DNA of 64,000 nt from Candidatus Obscuribacteraceae bacterium (GCA_044229845.1 JBGASG010000001.1:1007791-1071790), one strand, 5' to 3'. Shown: positions 8,867 to 19,733, counted from the stretch's first letter. The notes: generated by a model not told the origin, from the letters alone. Translations and numbers: made by a program.

Positions 8867-10320
8867 CCGCGGTCTGCTTCAGATACGCAGTTTATTCACT
8901 GGTCGCACTTACCATTCTCTGCTCGACATCAATAAATATGCCGGCTCTAGCTGCTGATAAGTTGTCTGGTCAAGATGCCGCTATGGTTGGCGAACTCGAG
9001 CAGCGTCTCTTCTTCGTCAAATATGCCGACCAGGACGGCGAAGAACGGGTCGCTCGCATTGAGAAGCAAGTGTTCGGCGAAGCGATGCAGCAGCCATTTT
9101 CTGACCGTCTGGCTCGATTGCGCCAGATGCTCGAAGAGAAGAAGTCGCAAGAGGCTGCTCAACAAGAGGAGCAACAGCGCCAGCAACAAGCGTTGCAGCA
9201 AAAGCAGCAGCAGCAAAAACAACAAGTAATGCAGCAGCAACAGCAGCAGAACGATTTCGATCGCGCCCGCGAGAACATCATTAATGCTCGCGAGCAGGAA
9301 ATCGGACAACTGCTTTCAGAAGGTGTTGAGCTGTGGCGTCAGAAGCGCGCTCAGGAAGCAACCCAGCGATTTGAACAGGTGTTGCGCCTTGATCCTTCTA
9401 ATGCGGAGGCGCACTTCAGTCTCGGCATTATCGAAGAGTCGACCGGTAATTTTGTCGAGGCACTTTCGAGCTATCAGCAGGCGGCGCAGGCTCAACCGCA
9501 AGTAAAAGAGTACGGCGAGGCGGTAAAAACTCTCGAGAAGAAACTGGCGCAGAAGCAGGTTGCGCAGGGCCAGCAAGCGGCTCTGCGGATGCTGGCCGAA
9601 TCAGCTTCGGCCGCCTTCAAGCAAGGTGAGTATGTGAAAGCGCTGGACCTCTATAAGTCGCTTGACGCAAAGGCACCAAATCAGGCGCTCGTGAAATACA
9701 ACATCGGCACTTTGTATTTGATGGTCAAAGACTCGCAGAACGCTCTCAAATACTATGAGCAGGCCGTGAAGTTGAATCCTTCCGAGCAGCGCTATGTGAA
9801 AGCCTATTCCGAGCTGAAGGGACAGGTCGACATACTGAATGAGCGCATTGCGGAGAACAATCGCCAGTCAGAGCAATTGAAAAATCCCGGAAAGGCACCG
9901 AAAGCTAAGAAGGACAAAAACGGTAATTTCAAGCAGATGACACCGGATCAGATTCCGGCGTTTCCCGGTATGCCGAAAGGACGAGCTAGTTTTGGCGGCA
10001 ATTCGCTGCCGCAAGCGACTCAGGCGGCGCCGCAGAGCCCCGTATTTGGTGGCTACCTCAATACGCCATTGGCTGATGTGATGTCCAAGTATGGTCTCGT
10101 CGGCAAGGGTTCCAATGAAGGTGTGCGTGTCACCACTGTTGGTATCGCCAGTCGCGCTTCTGCCGCCGGCATTCAGCCCGGCGATTCGATTCGCGCGGTC
10201 GACGGCAACGAGGTCTACGATCCCAAGCAAGTCAATGAAATTCTCTCGCGCAAAGGATTCAATCAGCCCGTGCAAATGATGATTATGCGCAACGGCAACC
10301 TGGCAGTTATCAATCTATAA
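8848..10320 (+). CDS. Secreted TPR + PDZ domain protein
   Basis: Signal peptide, poly-Gln tract, several TPRs (LDPSNAEAHFSLG), C-terminal PDZ (SRASAAGIQPGDSIRAVDG). Confidence 0.85.
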   Translation: MEFIAVAAVCFRYAVYSLVALTILCSTSINMPALAADKLSGQDAAMVGELEQRLFFVKYADQDGEERVARIEKQVFGEAMQQPFSDRLARLRQMLEEKKSQEAAQQEEQQRQQQALQQKQQQQKQQVMQQQQQQNDFDRARENIINAREQEIGQLLSEGVELWRQKRAQEATQRFEQVLRLDPSNAEAHFSLGIIEESTGNFVEALSSYQQAAQAQPQVKEYGEAVKTLEKKLAQKQVAQGQQAALRMLAESASAAFKQGEYVKALDLYKSLDAKAPNQALVKYNIGTLYLMVKDSQNALKYYEQAVKLNPSEQRYVKAYSELKGQVDILNERIAENNRQSEQLKNPGKAPKAKKDKNGNFKQMTPDQIPAFPGMPKGRASFGGNSLPQATQAAPQSPVFGGYLNTPLADVMSKYGLVGKGSNEGVRVTTVGIASRASAAGIQPGDSIRAVDGNEVYDPKQVNEILSRKGFNQPVQMMIMRNGNLAVINL

Positions 10321-10324
10321 GTTA

Positions 10325-11164
10325 GTGAAACCGCGCTTTAGTCAGGGACACTTGCCTTCGTGCCAGACACTGGCGACGATTGGTGCGCTGTTGATGAACC
10401 AGCACGGTCAGCGAATGCTGCACGACATGGTGTCGCGGCAGGGTGACGATTACCTCGTCAAGTTTCCGGCGTTGAACGAGCCGGTACTGGTGCGAGCCGT
10501 GGAGTTTGGTACGCGTGCGCCGGTCGGCTGGGATGTTGAGTTTTGCAATCGAGCGATTACCGCTCTGCGCAATGAATTCGACGGGGACGGCTACCTGTGG
10601 GTGATGCCGCTCGATCGCGGACCGTATGTTTCCGGTGATGATCTGGTGCAGGTGCTCGAGATTGCCTATGCCCGCTATCAGAAGGCGATGTTTCCTGAAC
10701 GCTACGCCGACGTGCCTGAGCAAACTCCGCTCGAGGTTTATCGAAACGGCAATTTCCACTTCCAGGCCGACGAGTCGATGCGCGATTTTACCGGATGGAC
10801 GGTGAACACACTTTACGGTGGTGCCAATGCCGCCGATAGTGTTTTGTCAATTGCCGACTATGCGGTCGAAAATGCCGAACACCTGGAGGCTGTCGAAAAG
10901 AAACTGGAAGAGCTCGCCGCAAATCGAGGCGGCTACGTTGCAACAGCGTGTTCGATTGGCCATCCGGCTTCCAAGACATATTTGGATCCGGGCAGCAAAA
11001 TCAATCCATGGCATGACCATGTAATCAAGGAAGTGAACGCCAAAGAGCGAACTATTGCTCTAATCGACCCGTTCAACAGCCGAATTACCATGCTTCTTTA
11101 CTTCGAAGACTTCTTTCAGTACTTCTATTTGATTGCCGATGCTAAAGTACCCCTTAGTTCGTAA
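10325..11164 (+). CDS. Calpain/papain-fold cysteine peptidase-like protein
   Basis: SQGHLPSCQTLA resembles calpain QGxxGDCW; WHDHVI...LIDPFN resembles HAYS...RNPWG, giving a candidate Cys-His-Asp triad. Confidence 0.6.
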   Translation: MKPRFSQGHLPSCQTLATIGALLMNQHGQRMLHDMVSRQGDDYLVKFPALNEPVLVRAVEFGTRAPVGWDVEFCNRAITALRNEFDGDGYLWVMPLDRGPYVSGDDLVQVLEIAYARYQKAMFPERYADVPEQTPLEVYRNGNFHFQADESMRDFTGWTVNTLYGGANAADSVLSIADYAVENAEHLEAVEKKLEELAANRGGYVATACSIGHPASKTYLDPGSKINPWHDHVIKEVNAKERTIALIDPFNSRITMLLYFEDFFQYFYLIADAKVPLSS

Positions 11165-11191
11165 TTTAACTCACCGGTCAAATCTGATGTC

Positions 11192-12184
11192 ATGGGAATC
11201 AAAATAATGCGCCGTTTCCTCCTGCCCCTTTTGTCGGCCCTGTTTGTCGCTGCGCCGCTGGCGTTGGTGCCCTCTGCACCGTGCTATGCCGAGACAGTGA
11301 AAAGTCAGTTCTCTGTACCAAGCAATCAGGCAGGCATCGATATACCGGCGCGCAGCTGGATTGATAATTCCGCTGCACCGAGGGTGGTGCTGCTCTGCGT
11401 GCACGGGCTGGGATTGAACAGCGATTCTTACGACGACTTTGCCCGCCGCGTGGCACCTAAAGGTATTGCTGTGTACGGCATGGATGTGCGGGGCTTCGGC
11501 GAGTGGCAGAAGGAAAAGGGACACACCAAGCTCAACTTCCCGCAAACCATCGATGATGTCGCCACGATGTTGAAGTATGTGCGTGAGAAAAATCCGGGAC
11601 TGCCTGTGTTTTTGCTTGGTGAATCGATGGGCGGTGCGATTGCATTGCGCACGACGGCGCTGCACGGCGATCTGATGACCGGAACGGTTTCGTCGGTGCC
11701 GGCCAATGAACGCTTTCAGCAGAAAATCACCGACGTGAAAGTGGCACTGCATGCCCTCGAAGGACTGAAGAAGAAGTTTGACGAAGGACAGCAGGTGATC
11801 GATCAAGCGACAAAAAATCCGATGGAGCGGGAAGGCTGGAAAACCGATCCGCTGGATCGCTTGAATTTTTCACCGGTCGACTTGCTGCAGTTTCAAATAT
11901 TCTGCAATGAAAACCACGAAGACGCGAAGCTGATTACGAAGACGCCGATCTGCGTTTTTCAAGGTGGTTCTGATACCTTGATCAAGCCGGAAGGGACGGA
12001 GCATCTTTTCACGCAGATCGCGGTCAAGGACAAAATTATGATCGTCCTTGGTTATTCCGAACATTTGATGTTTGAAGAAACCCAATACATGGATCCCCGT
12101 CAGGCGATCGATCATCTGATGGCGTGGATAGAGGATCACCTGCATGGTCAGCATACGGACGAGAAAACAAACGACGGCGACTAG
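11192..12184 (+). CDS. Secreted alpha/beta hydrolase (lysophospholipase/Hydrolase_4-like)
   Basis: Signal peptide, VHGLG, DVRGFG, GESMGG, catalytic Asp/His region (GSDTLI...EHLMF). Confidence 0.88.
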   Translation: MGIKIMRRFLLPLLSALFVAAPLALVPSAPCYAETVKSQFSVPSNQAGIDIPARSWIDNSAAPRVVLLCVHGLGLNSDSYDDFARRVAPKGIAVYGMDVRGFGEWQKEKGHTKLNFPQTIDDVATMLKYVREKNPGLPVFLLGESMGGAIALRTTALHGDLMTGTVSSVPANERFQQKITDVKVALHALEGLKKKFDEGQQVIDQATKNPMEREGWKTDPLDRLNFSPVDLLQFQIFCNENHEDAKLITKTPICVFQGGSDTLIKPEGTEHLFTQIAVKDKIMIVLGYSEHLMFEETQYMDPRQAIDHLMAWIEDHLHGQHTDEKTNDGD

Positions 12185-12195
12185 TCTAGCCGCGG

Positions 12196-13398
12196 CTATT
12201 TTGCCGAAGGGTCGGCGATGTGTCCGACGAAGAGCAGTGTGTCGGTTTTGCTGTCGCGTAACGCGATGAAGTAGGGGCGATCAACAATCATGTTGAAGGG
12301 TTGCTCAGGCATATGCATGGTTGCCGTTTTCATCATGCCGACGGAAGTTACAGCCGCGGCTTCGGTGCCTTCTTCGTTTACTTCCATGTAGGTCTTGTGC
12401 AGCACTTCACTGATGCACGGATGCTCTGTTGAGTTCATGTCGGTGAAGTCGGCATTCTTTCGCGAGAATGCAACTTGCATGCCCATAGCCGAAAGCGGTG
12501 CCTTGAGTTTCATGTCGTCCGAGATGAGAAATTTCGGCATCGAGAGATTTCCTTCCTTGAAGCGAAATTGTCCCTTCCACTTACTCCAGGTCGTATCATT
12601 CAGTTGAGCTTCGAATGCATCGAGGGTTGTAGATTCTTTTGGCAGAAAGACATACATGCTGAGCCGCTTGTCTGCATAACCGAGATTGATCGCCTGGAAA
12701 TCTGATGTTTCGAAGTATCGAAAATCGCTGCGGTGCATGTTCATCATCGGCATGTCTTTGCTTTGACCGCCGGCAAGGTGAAATGCTCGGGGTTGGGTGG
12801 CGTTCTTATCGAATTTGTTTTCCCAATTGCCTTTGAAATAGATGGCATTCACCAGGTAGAGGATAGCGTCGTCGGGAATTTTGTCCACGATCCGGGTAAT
12901 CTTGCCGTGTGTGCTTTCAGAAACGAAGTTGTTGATTGCACCCGGACTCGATGGTGCCTTGAAGTCGAGCGCAGTAACACCGGCATTGAAGTACTGTTTG
13001 TTGGCGTTCAGAAACTGATCTTTGAATTTGATTTCCTTATCGGCAAAAAGCGCGTTGGCGATTGCTAGTTGGGTGTTAGCGCCAGGATTTTGCAGACTGT
13101 CCCGGACTTCTTTGCAGTGTGTCCCGATGTCAGCTTCGGTTCCCGTGAGATTAAGCACATCGCCCATGGCAGTTTTAGTGCCGCCGGCGGCACCCAGGTA
13201 GGTCATGGTGAGGGCGGTGGAGATGCTGTATGGAGAGATGAGCACGTTTTCGGTGCTGCGTCCTTTTGCCACCTCTTTGAAGATCTTGAGCGGAAAACTG
13301 GAGGTAACCGCTGTGGGTTGCGTGCCGGCAGCTTGCATTGCAGATGCTGCCCCCAGAACAGCGGTCAAAGCAATAGCCAGTGGGCGAGCGAGTTTCAT
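12196..13398 (-). CDS. Serpin (serine protease inhibitor family), secreted
   Basis: NVLISPYSI, NAIYFKGNW, hinge EEGTEAAAVT and DRPYF; signal peptide from ATG 13398. Confidence 0.95.
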   Translation of the reverse strand: MKLARPLAIALTAVLGAASAMQAAGTQPTAVTSSFPLKIFKEVAKGRSTENVLISPYSISTALTMTYLGAAGGTKTAMGDVLNLTGTEADIGTHCKEVRDSLQNPGANTQLAIANALFADKEIKFKDQFLNANKQYFNAGVTALDFKAPSSPGAINNFVSESTHGKITRIVDKIPDDAILYLVNAIYFKGNWENKFDKNATQPRAFHLAGGQSKDMPMMNMHRSDFRYFETSDFQAINLGYADKRLSMYVFLPKESTTLDAFEAQLNDTTWSKWKGQFRFKEGNLSMPKFLISDDMKLKAPLSAMGMQVAFSRKNADFTDMNSTEHPCISEVLHKTYMEVNEEGTEAAAVTSVGMMKTATMHMPEQPFNMIVDRPYFIALRDSKTDTLLFVGHIADPSAK

Positions 13399-13504
13399 TG
13401 CCAATCTCCGTAATTTGTCAGCCAAGAGCCAAAGGTCGCCAATAGCGCTAATTGTACGCCGTGGAAGTCGGCCTTAGTCCCGGGTTTTTACTGGCGTGTA
13501 TTTA

Positions 13505-15634
13505 CTACTTGGACTCTGCGAGGGGGTAGAACGCAGACATATGCAACTGTTTCTCTTTGATTCCGGCTAACTTCTTGAAAGTGGAACTGGTTTTTTGTTC
13601 GCCTTTTTGATCTAAGAATTTTGAGCACGCGTTCAAGGCGACAGCCGCTTCGCGCGAAGGACCGCAGATGTAATGAGCCAGCTTGCATGTCGCGACTGCA
13701 TCTCTATAAAACTGCTCAGCGTGAGGCTCATCACGCATCTGCTCGGACATCTTTGCGGATGAAACGAGAGTAGCAGCTAGCTGCCACGCATATAATCCAG
13801 GTTTGGTCTGATAGCTGTCGATCGCCAATTGATTCATTTCCATTGCTTTCGGAAGATTATTTTGCTTTCGATAGATGTTTGCAGCTTGTGTGGCCGCCAA
13901 CGCAAGCTCACCCACTGCATTGGGTTTGCCGGAGCATATTTTTATGGCTTGATCGAGATCAGATAAAGCCTGGGAATCGGAATCGAGCAAATTAGCATGC
14001 GCGATCAGAAGGACCGCGTAGGAAACCCATTGAGTTCCCTTAGCCTTCTTCCAGCGTTGCATGCATGCATCAAGTTTGGTCCGGGCAGTTTCAGTATCGC
14101 CTTGCTCAACGTACATCTGCGAAGTTTCTGCTTCGATAATAGCTTCTGGAAACGACTGATTGCTTTCTTCTGCTTTGACTATTTTCAAGGCGTTTTTCAT
14201 GTCCTGCCTTGCTGCCTCGAAATCGGTTGCCGATGCAGCAGCCAGTTCCAGCCAACCATGACCGCGCAGGTGGAAGGATTTGCTGTCTTTGCACTCTTCG
14301 TCGGGAAGTGCGGAGGTGGCTTTGCGAAAGTCAGCCAGTGCAGTTTTGGTCTGCCCCAATTCAAAGTGTACGAGACCCAGCTCTTCCCATGCCGACGCTG
14401 TGAGCCCAGCGTACTTTTTACTGTCGGGTATTTCGGCGAGACATCTCTGGTAAAGCTGGATAGACTCAGGAAATCGTTCTGCCGCATACATGTGCCTGGC
14501 TTCGAACAATGTCACCTGCGGCGCCGCTACGACCTGGCTAACGTCCATGCTGATACCGGGGAGAAGCTTTACAGCAATCAAGCCCGGATCTTTTTCTGGT
14601 AGCCACGACCGTGCTTTTTGCATCAACTGGGCGGCGGCCGCGAAGTCACCTTGAAAAACGCGGGTGTTAGCCGCGTGGATGAGTGCCATGGTTACATAAG
14701 GATCCCTGGTAATTCCTTTTTTGCGCAGGGCCGCTATGCGCCTGTCAGCCGCACTGACAACGCACTCTTCGGCTTCCTGGTATCTGCCTTTTTCGAGGAG
14801 CTTGGTCGCGAGGGCCATAGTGCAAAACAAGTGCCGACTGTCATCGGCTTCAAAGTGAGAGCTGACATCAGCGGCACTACTCCGCACTTGTTCGCTGGTT
14901 TGACTTTCGACGAGGCCGTCCTGAATGAACTGCGGAAGCAATATTAGCCAGGCAACTTCAAACGGACGCCAGATGAGAGGCGCTACCAAAGATAGTGCAA
15001 GTGCCATGGACACGATGCACTGGTTGAGCTTTCTTCTGTGAATCTTTGAGAGCGCGGTCGGATCTGTCTCGGTCAAGGACAAGATGATGTTTTCTTTTTG
15101 CAGCGCCAGTGGTTGTGTGGTTGTTGGTCCCAGAAAAAGCATCACTTGAGTTGAGCCATTGGCAGCGATTGTTTTGAAGCCTTTTCCACGCGCGGTGAAG
15201 AGTCTCTCTTCATCTGGTGCGGCATCGGCTGAGATCGCGGAAGCGGCTATTTTGATCAGCGGTACGCGTGTCGGCCAGGCGCCATCAAATTCCGCCGTGA
15301 CTTCGCATGAGCGAGCGTGCACAATCTGTTCCAAGGCCGATACTTCTTTGATCCGAAACAGATGGTTCCAGAATATGTAAGTGAGAAACGCGCCAGTGAG
15401 CACCAATGGCAAGACCGGATAAAGGAACAGCGTTGGAGCGAGGTGAAGGGTATTTCTAGTTAACGGCGGCAGAACGATGAGCAACAGGCATAGAAACAGG
15501 GCCAACACGAAAAATGCAAACATGGCGACTGCGGTCAGTCCCAGAATCAAGACATACCTGCGCCGCGCAACGGCTATGATTGACTTCGTCGTTGATTGCT
15601 TAAACGAAGCGTTGCTTTTTGAGTTCGGCATCAT
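13505..15634 (-). CDS. Membrane-anchored TPR repeat protein
   Basis: N-terminal hydrophobic helices followed by many TPR-like helical repeats. The upstream ORF extension overlaps the macro gene and is probably not translated. Confidence 0.7.
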   Translation of the reverse strand: MMPNSKSNASFKQSTTKSIIAVARRRYVLILGLTAVAMFAFFVLALFLCLLLIVLPPLTRNTLHLAPTLFLYPVLPLVLTGAFLTYIFWNHLFRIKEVSALEQIVHARSCEVTAEFDGAWPTRVPLIKIAASAISADAAPDEERLFTARGKGFKTIAANGSTQVMLFLGPTTTQPLALQKENIILSLTETDPTALSKIHRRKLNQCIVSMALALSLVAPLIWRPFEVAWLILLPQFIQDGLVESQTSEQVRSSAADVSSHFEADDSRHLFCTMALATKLLEKGRYQEAEECVVSAADRRIAALRKKGITRDPYVTMALIHAANTRVFQGDFAAAAQLMQKARSWLPEKDPGLIAVKLLPGISMDVSQVVAAPQVTLFEARHMYAAERFPESIQLYQRCLAEIPDSKKYAGLTASAWEELGLVHFELGQTKTALADFRKATSALPDEECKDSKSFHLRGHGWLELAAASATDFEAARQDMKNALKIVKAEESNQSFPEAIIEAETSQMYVEQGDTETARTKLDACMQRWKKAKGTQWVSYAVLLIAHANLLDSDSQALSDLDQAIKICSGKPNAVGELALAATQAANIYRKQNNLPKAMEMNQLAIDSYQTKPGLYAWQLAATLVSSAKMSEQMRDEPHAEQFYRDAVATCKLAHYICGPSREAAVALNACSKFLDQKGEQKTSSTFKKLAGIKEKQLHMSAFYPLAESK

Positions 15635-16214
15635 GAGCGCTGGCGGCTTCGACCGTGGCGAAGTTGGGCAATTGCCCCAGGACGATCTGGCAGTAGGCTT
15701 CGTACATTTGGAAGGCGGCAGTGGCCGGAGGCAGCCCGGTGCCCTGACCGAGATCGCCGAATGCCACGGAATCCAAACCCTCGGCACCGCGATGGCGGTC
15801 GGCTTCGCGAATGTATGCTGCCACCGCTCGCAGTGCGGCGCGCGTCGCCAGGTAGGCATTCAATCCCGGGTTAGTCATGCGCAAGGGCACGCGTGTCGTC
15901 GGCGTGAGCACAACGATGCGTGGACTGTCGATGCCACTGGTCATCACTTCAGCGTTGCCGACAGGCAGTTCGCCGGAGTACTTTTCAGTGATGATTTTTC
16001 GCGCTCGCGATTCTAAGAGTCCGTCGGTTTTCTTATTCAGGTCTTCCGACAGCCCTTCTTCCATGATGCCGAAACTGTTTATCGGCAACACGACCGCCGA
16101 CACGTCGAGTTCGAGAACGCTCTTGTCTTCGACTTTGACTCTGCCTGCGCGGTCGAAGAAGGACCGCCAGGCTTTGATGACATCGGGGTTGGTATCGGCT
16201 AGATAGACGTCCAT
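15600..16214 (-). CDS. Macro (Appr-1-p processing) domain protein
   Basis: AVVLPINSFGIMEEGL, ELPVGNA, TPTTRVP, NAYLATRAAL and GDLGQGTG match the macrodomain pattern; the glycine loop is degenerate. Confidence 0.8.
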   Translation of the reverse strand: MDVYLADTNPDVIKAWRSFFDRAGRVKVEDKSVLELDVSAVVLPINSFGIMEEGLSEDLNKKTDGLLESRARKIITEKYSGELPVGNAEVMTSGIDSPRIVVLTPTTRVPLRMTNPGLNAYLATRAALRAVAAYIREADRHRGAEGLDSVAFGDLGQGTGLPPATAAFQMYEAYCQIVLGQLPNFATVEAASAHDAELKKQRFV

Positions 16215-16235
16215 GATCGACTGTTATTCTACTCC

Positions 16236-19200
16236 TTACGTCGAGGCAGTCACGACATCTTTGGCGAGCGATTCGCACATCGGGCAACTGCGCAATTCCT
16301 TGGCAATCATGCGGCGCGATTCGTTTCTGCCTTTGCACTCTTTGCATTCCTTCAGTTGTCTGAAGCAACGAGGACACTTGGTGGCGTCCGGCGTCACCGG
16401 GCAACTGCAAGCATGACACAGCACGATCGGCGGGCTATCGAAGATACAACGGTCACTACCCTTGGTGCACAGTGTCAGTTTCTCCAGAGGCGCAGCGCAG
16501 TACGGGCAAATATCAGACCAGAGCGAACCGCAGAGGTCGCAACTGCAGCCACCGGGCATGGCTTCTTTCGGCAGGTTGATCACTTCCGGTTTCGGACGAC
16601 CCTCCGCCATACAGCCGGGGCAGTACTGTTTCTTCTGCTCGAGAATGGCCAGACACTCTGGGCACTTGCGGCTGCCTTCTTCGATGACCTTTTGACATTG
16701 CGGGCACATGATCTTGCCCGGCACGATGAAGGTCTTGATGCCGACGCGGAAGCAATCGGGGCAGAACTGGCGCAGTTCATTCAATGCCCGAGTAACATCG
16801 TGACCGCGAGCGCAGAGTTTCATTGCCGGCGGTTCTGGCTGCTTGTACGAGAGCCACTGCAGATATGGGTTGGGCTCAGCCACGAAGCGCACGTCAGTGT
16901 GCATAGGGTTGAGTTTGCGATCAGTGTTTTTGTAGAACGTCTCGTAATCGATGATCGATGTCAGCGATGCCAGTGAGTAGAGAGGATCGTATTGTTTGAC
17001 GACAATACGGGGCTCGACATCCGAGAGCACCACATCGGTCGGGCGGAATGTGGGCACCGACTTCTGCATTTCTTCCATCAGCTTTTCAGGCACCTTGGTG
17101 CCGTTCAGTCCGAGGAATGTGATCGGCGAAGTGGCGGAAGCGACCTGGTGCGTCTGCACGAACCAGAGCGGGCTGCTGTGAGCCAGCATCAGTTGCATCA
17201 GATTCTCTGGAGCAAACTCGAAGACGATGCTCTTGCCGTCGGCGTCGGCATATGTAGGTTCTTTGAGGCGACCGGTCGCCGGGTCGATCGGGAAGAGTTC
17301 ATCGAAGACACGCTGTTTAACGAATTGGTGCAACTCGTGTTTTTGTTTCTCAGGTTTGGCGGCATTCTCGATATCCGGGTCTGCTTCAATTTCGAGCAGG
17401 CGGTATGAGAGTTCCGCATTGATCCGTTGCTTCATGGTGTCAGACAACTCGGGCACCACAGCCTTCCAGTCGCCGTTCAACCAGATAGGTGTCAGCAGGA
17501 AGTTGAGGAAACGCTCCACTTCGCGTCTGCCGACCAGCGGTTTATCGATCAGCACGCGTTCGGTGCCGACGTCTTCCAATTCCGAAACCGCAGCCGAGAA
17601 GGCAGCGTCGTTTTTCTGATCTAGATCGGTGACCGAGGTGACCAGAGTCTTCAGACGTTCTTGAATTGTTTCCAGCACGGTGATCAGATCGCCATAAAGC
17701 GATCGCATCATGCCGTACTGGCGCGTTTCTTTGCCGAGCCCGTCATAGTAGTCGGCAACTCGTTCGACCAGGATAGAAACGGTGTCGTTGACGATCGGCA
17801 ATTGCATGTCGCTGCCGATGCGCTGCAACGAATCCAGCGCTTCCATCGGCCCGCGACGCGGGTCGCCGTCCATCTTCTTCTGAGCCGGCACTTGGGCTTG
17901 TTTTGTTTTGATGCCGGCCAAAAGTTCTGCCACCCATTCGGATACGAATATGTAACCGTAGCGGGGATCGACGCAGTACATGCGGATCGTCGAATTGAGT
18001 GAGTTTTTGAACGTCTGCAGCGTGTCCTTATAATAGGTGGCGTTGGCGCATTCGATTTCCAGCGGATTGTTGGGATCGACTTTTTCGGCTACGACTTGTT
18101 CGACCCACTGTTTGACGTTGTTCAAACACGCCGGTCTGTTGACACGAAACTCATCGAGGAAGTTGCGCGACAGGAAGCGGGCGTATGAGCTGTCATTGTT
18201 CAAGCTGTTGCGCAGCAGCAGGTGGTCTTCTACTTTGCCCAGGTGGTCGTTGATAAACTGTTTGGCGAGCACGCGTTCGGTGACGTCCGGATCGGGACGC
18301 AGCAGAAAATCGACAACGGTCTGTACGATGCGTTGTTCGAGAAGCGATTTGTACTCCGCAAGTGGTGGCACCTTTGCGGATGAGACGCCGACCGCAGAAT
18401 AAGAACGGTGCAAAGTGCGGTCATCAAATTGTTCAGGGTCACCGATATTGGTGAAGATGTTGCTGAGAATCGACTCGTTACGCTCGGTAATCGGCGACAG
18501 GATGTCTGTCATGATCGTTTCCGAGATGTATTGCGCTATGCGGTCATCCGCCGCCATCGGCGTGTCTGAAGAAACCTGTCGCTGCGACACCACGGCGCCG
18601 CGCTTGTTTTTATTGCTGAACAGAAACGCAAAGTCAAATGGTGTGACATCGCGTTCGAAATCGACGAAGGTGTGATCCTTGCCACGGATTTTGTAGCTGC
18701 GCATCGGGCTGTTCATCAAATAATCCAGCTCGCGCAGAGCAGCGTAAGTGTTTGCGTTGATGCGTTTTAAGTGCTGGTTCTCAACGACCGATTCATAGAC
18801 TTCGGGCAAAACCAGCATACCCACGAAGCGGCGCGTCGAGGGGTCGACGCCCACGAGTTTGCGCAGCATGTATGCGATGTCCAGAAACATGCCGCTGCCG
18901 GTGCCGCCGCACAGCGAGCAGATTACATAGATAAATTGCGTGCCGGGATCGATGGCGAATCCTTTGTATTCATCCCAGGCGGCCGGGTCTGAAACTTCCT
19001 GCGCGGCTTGCTGCAGCCAGCGGTAATTGGTGTAGAGGTTTTCGCCCTTGTAGAGTCCGATGCGGCCGAACATGCGCACCTGACCGGAGCCTTTGGCGGC
19101 CTTCGGAAAGTCGACGTTCATACCCGGGTCCGGATACCAATCTTTGATGTGGCGGTTTTCCGGAGCATCGAGGTTGGAGATGATTTTCGGCGTGTCGCTT

Positions 19201-19433
19201 TGATCAATGACACGCGTTTCGCTGATGCCCAGTTGCACAATCTCGCCGGTGAGTTGACTGATTACCGGCGGGTTGCTCACGGCACCATCATCGGTGTCGA
19301 TGGATAGCAGACGTACCCAGGGCAGATTGTCGCGCTGATAGGTGTCGAGAATGCGGCGCTTCAAATGCGTGAGTGCACGCTTGCCCGTGCCTCCCAGACC
19401 GACGACGAGTGACGGAATAGTGCGAATTGCCAT
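16236..19433 (-). CDS. FtsZ/tubulin-like GTPase (Tubulin_2/FtsZl1-like) with a C-terminal multi-zinc-ribbon tail
   Basis: VGLGGTG, IDTD, GSGQVRMFGR, tubulin signature GGTGSG, ANTYAALREL; long helical middle; 10 CxxC motifs at the C-terminus. Confidence 0.88.
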   Translation of the reverse strand: MAIRTIPSLVVGLGGTGKRALTHLKRRILDTYQRDNLPWVRLLSIDTDDGAVSNPPVISQLTGEIVQLGISETRVIDQSDTPKIISNLDAPENRHIKDWYPDPGMNVDFPKAAKGSGQVRMFGRIGLYKGENLYTNYRWLQQAAQEVSDPAAWDEYKGFAIDPGTQFIYVICSLCGGTGSGMFLDIAYMLRKLVGVDPSTRRFVGMLVLPEVYESVVENQHLKRINANTYAALRELDYLMNSPMRSYKIRGKDHTFVDFERDVTPFDFAFLFSNKNKRGAVVSQRQVSSDTPMAADDRIAQYISETIMTDILSPITERNESILSNIFTNIGDPEQFDDRTLHRSYSAVGVSSAKVPPLAEYKSLLEQRIVQTVVDFLLRPDPDVTERVLAKQFINDHLGKVEDHLLLRNSLNNDSSYARFLSRNFLDEFRVNRPACLNNVKQWVEQVVAEKVDPNNPLEIECANATYYKDTLQTFKNSLNSTIRMYCVDPRYGYIFVSEWVAELLAGIKTKQAQVPAQKKMDGDPRRGPMEALDSLQRIGSDMQLPIVNDTVSILVERVADYYDGLGKETRQYGMMRSLYGDLITVLETIQERLKTLVTSVTDLDQKNDAAFSAAVSELEDVGTERVLIDKPLVGRREVERFLNFLLTPIWLNGDWKAVVPELSDTMKQRINAELSYRLLEIEADPDIENAAKPEKQKHELHQFVKQRVFDELFPIDPATGRLKEPTYADADGKSIVFEFAPENLMQLMLAHSSPLWFVQTHQVASATSPITFLGLNGTKVPEKLMEEMQKSVPTFRPTDVVLSDVEPRIVVKQYDPLYSLASLTSIIDYETFYKNTDRKLNPMHTDVRFVAEPNPYLQWLSYKQPEPPAMKLCARGHDVTRALNELRQFCPDCFRVGIKTFIVPGKIMCPQCQKVIEEGSRKCPECLAILEQKKQYCPGCMAEGRPKPEVINLPKEAMPGGCSCDLCGSLWSDICPYCAAPLEKLTLCTKGSDRCIFDSPPIVLCHACSCPVTPDATKCPRCFRQLKECKECKGRNESRRMIAKELRSCPMCESLAKDVVTAST

Positions 19434-19526
19434 GTTTTGTCTTTCAACTCCGCTTATGCGAAAGAGGTGCCGAGCTACATGCTCGGACTAATTACCTGTC
19501 CTATCGAGTTACCAAACCAACGTGCA

Positions 19527-19733
19527 TCAATGACTGAAGAATACGGCCTTCCCAACCAGCAACAAAACGCCGATACCGAGTGTGATACCACTTGTGAGAT
19601 TGGCCAGCTTGGTGGCTTTTTCCGGCAACCAGCGATTGTGTTTCACAAGAATGGTGTACACGGCGAAGCGCTCGATAATTGCGATGACAATAACCACGAC
19701 GCCAAGTATTACGTACCAGCTTGTCAATTCCAT
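19527..19733 (-). CDS. Small two-TM membrane protein
   Basis: MELTSWYVILGVVVIVIAIIERF...LGIGVLLLVGKAVFFSH; purine-rich RBS; lies between the vWA and tubulin genes. Confidence 0.6.
   Translation of the reverse strand: MELTSWYVILGVVVIVIAIIERFAVYTILVKHNRWLPEKATKLANLTSGITLGIGVLLLVGKAVFFSH

Noticed and set aside
9160..9250. CAG/CAA-rich tract as a possible repeat array
   Set aside because: It encodes a poly-Gln linker in the TPR-PDZ protein.
15635..15859. N-terminal extension of the 784-aa TPR ORF
   Set aside because: It is an alternative frame inside the macrodomain gene.
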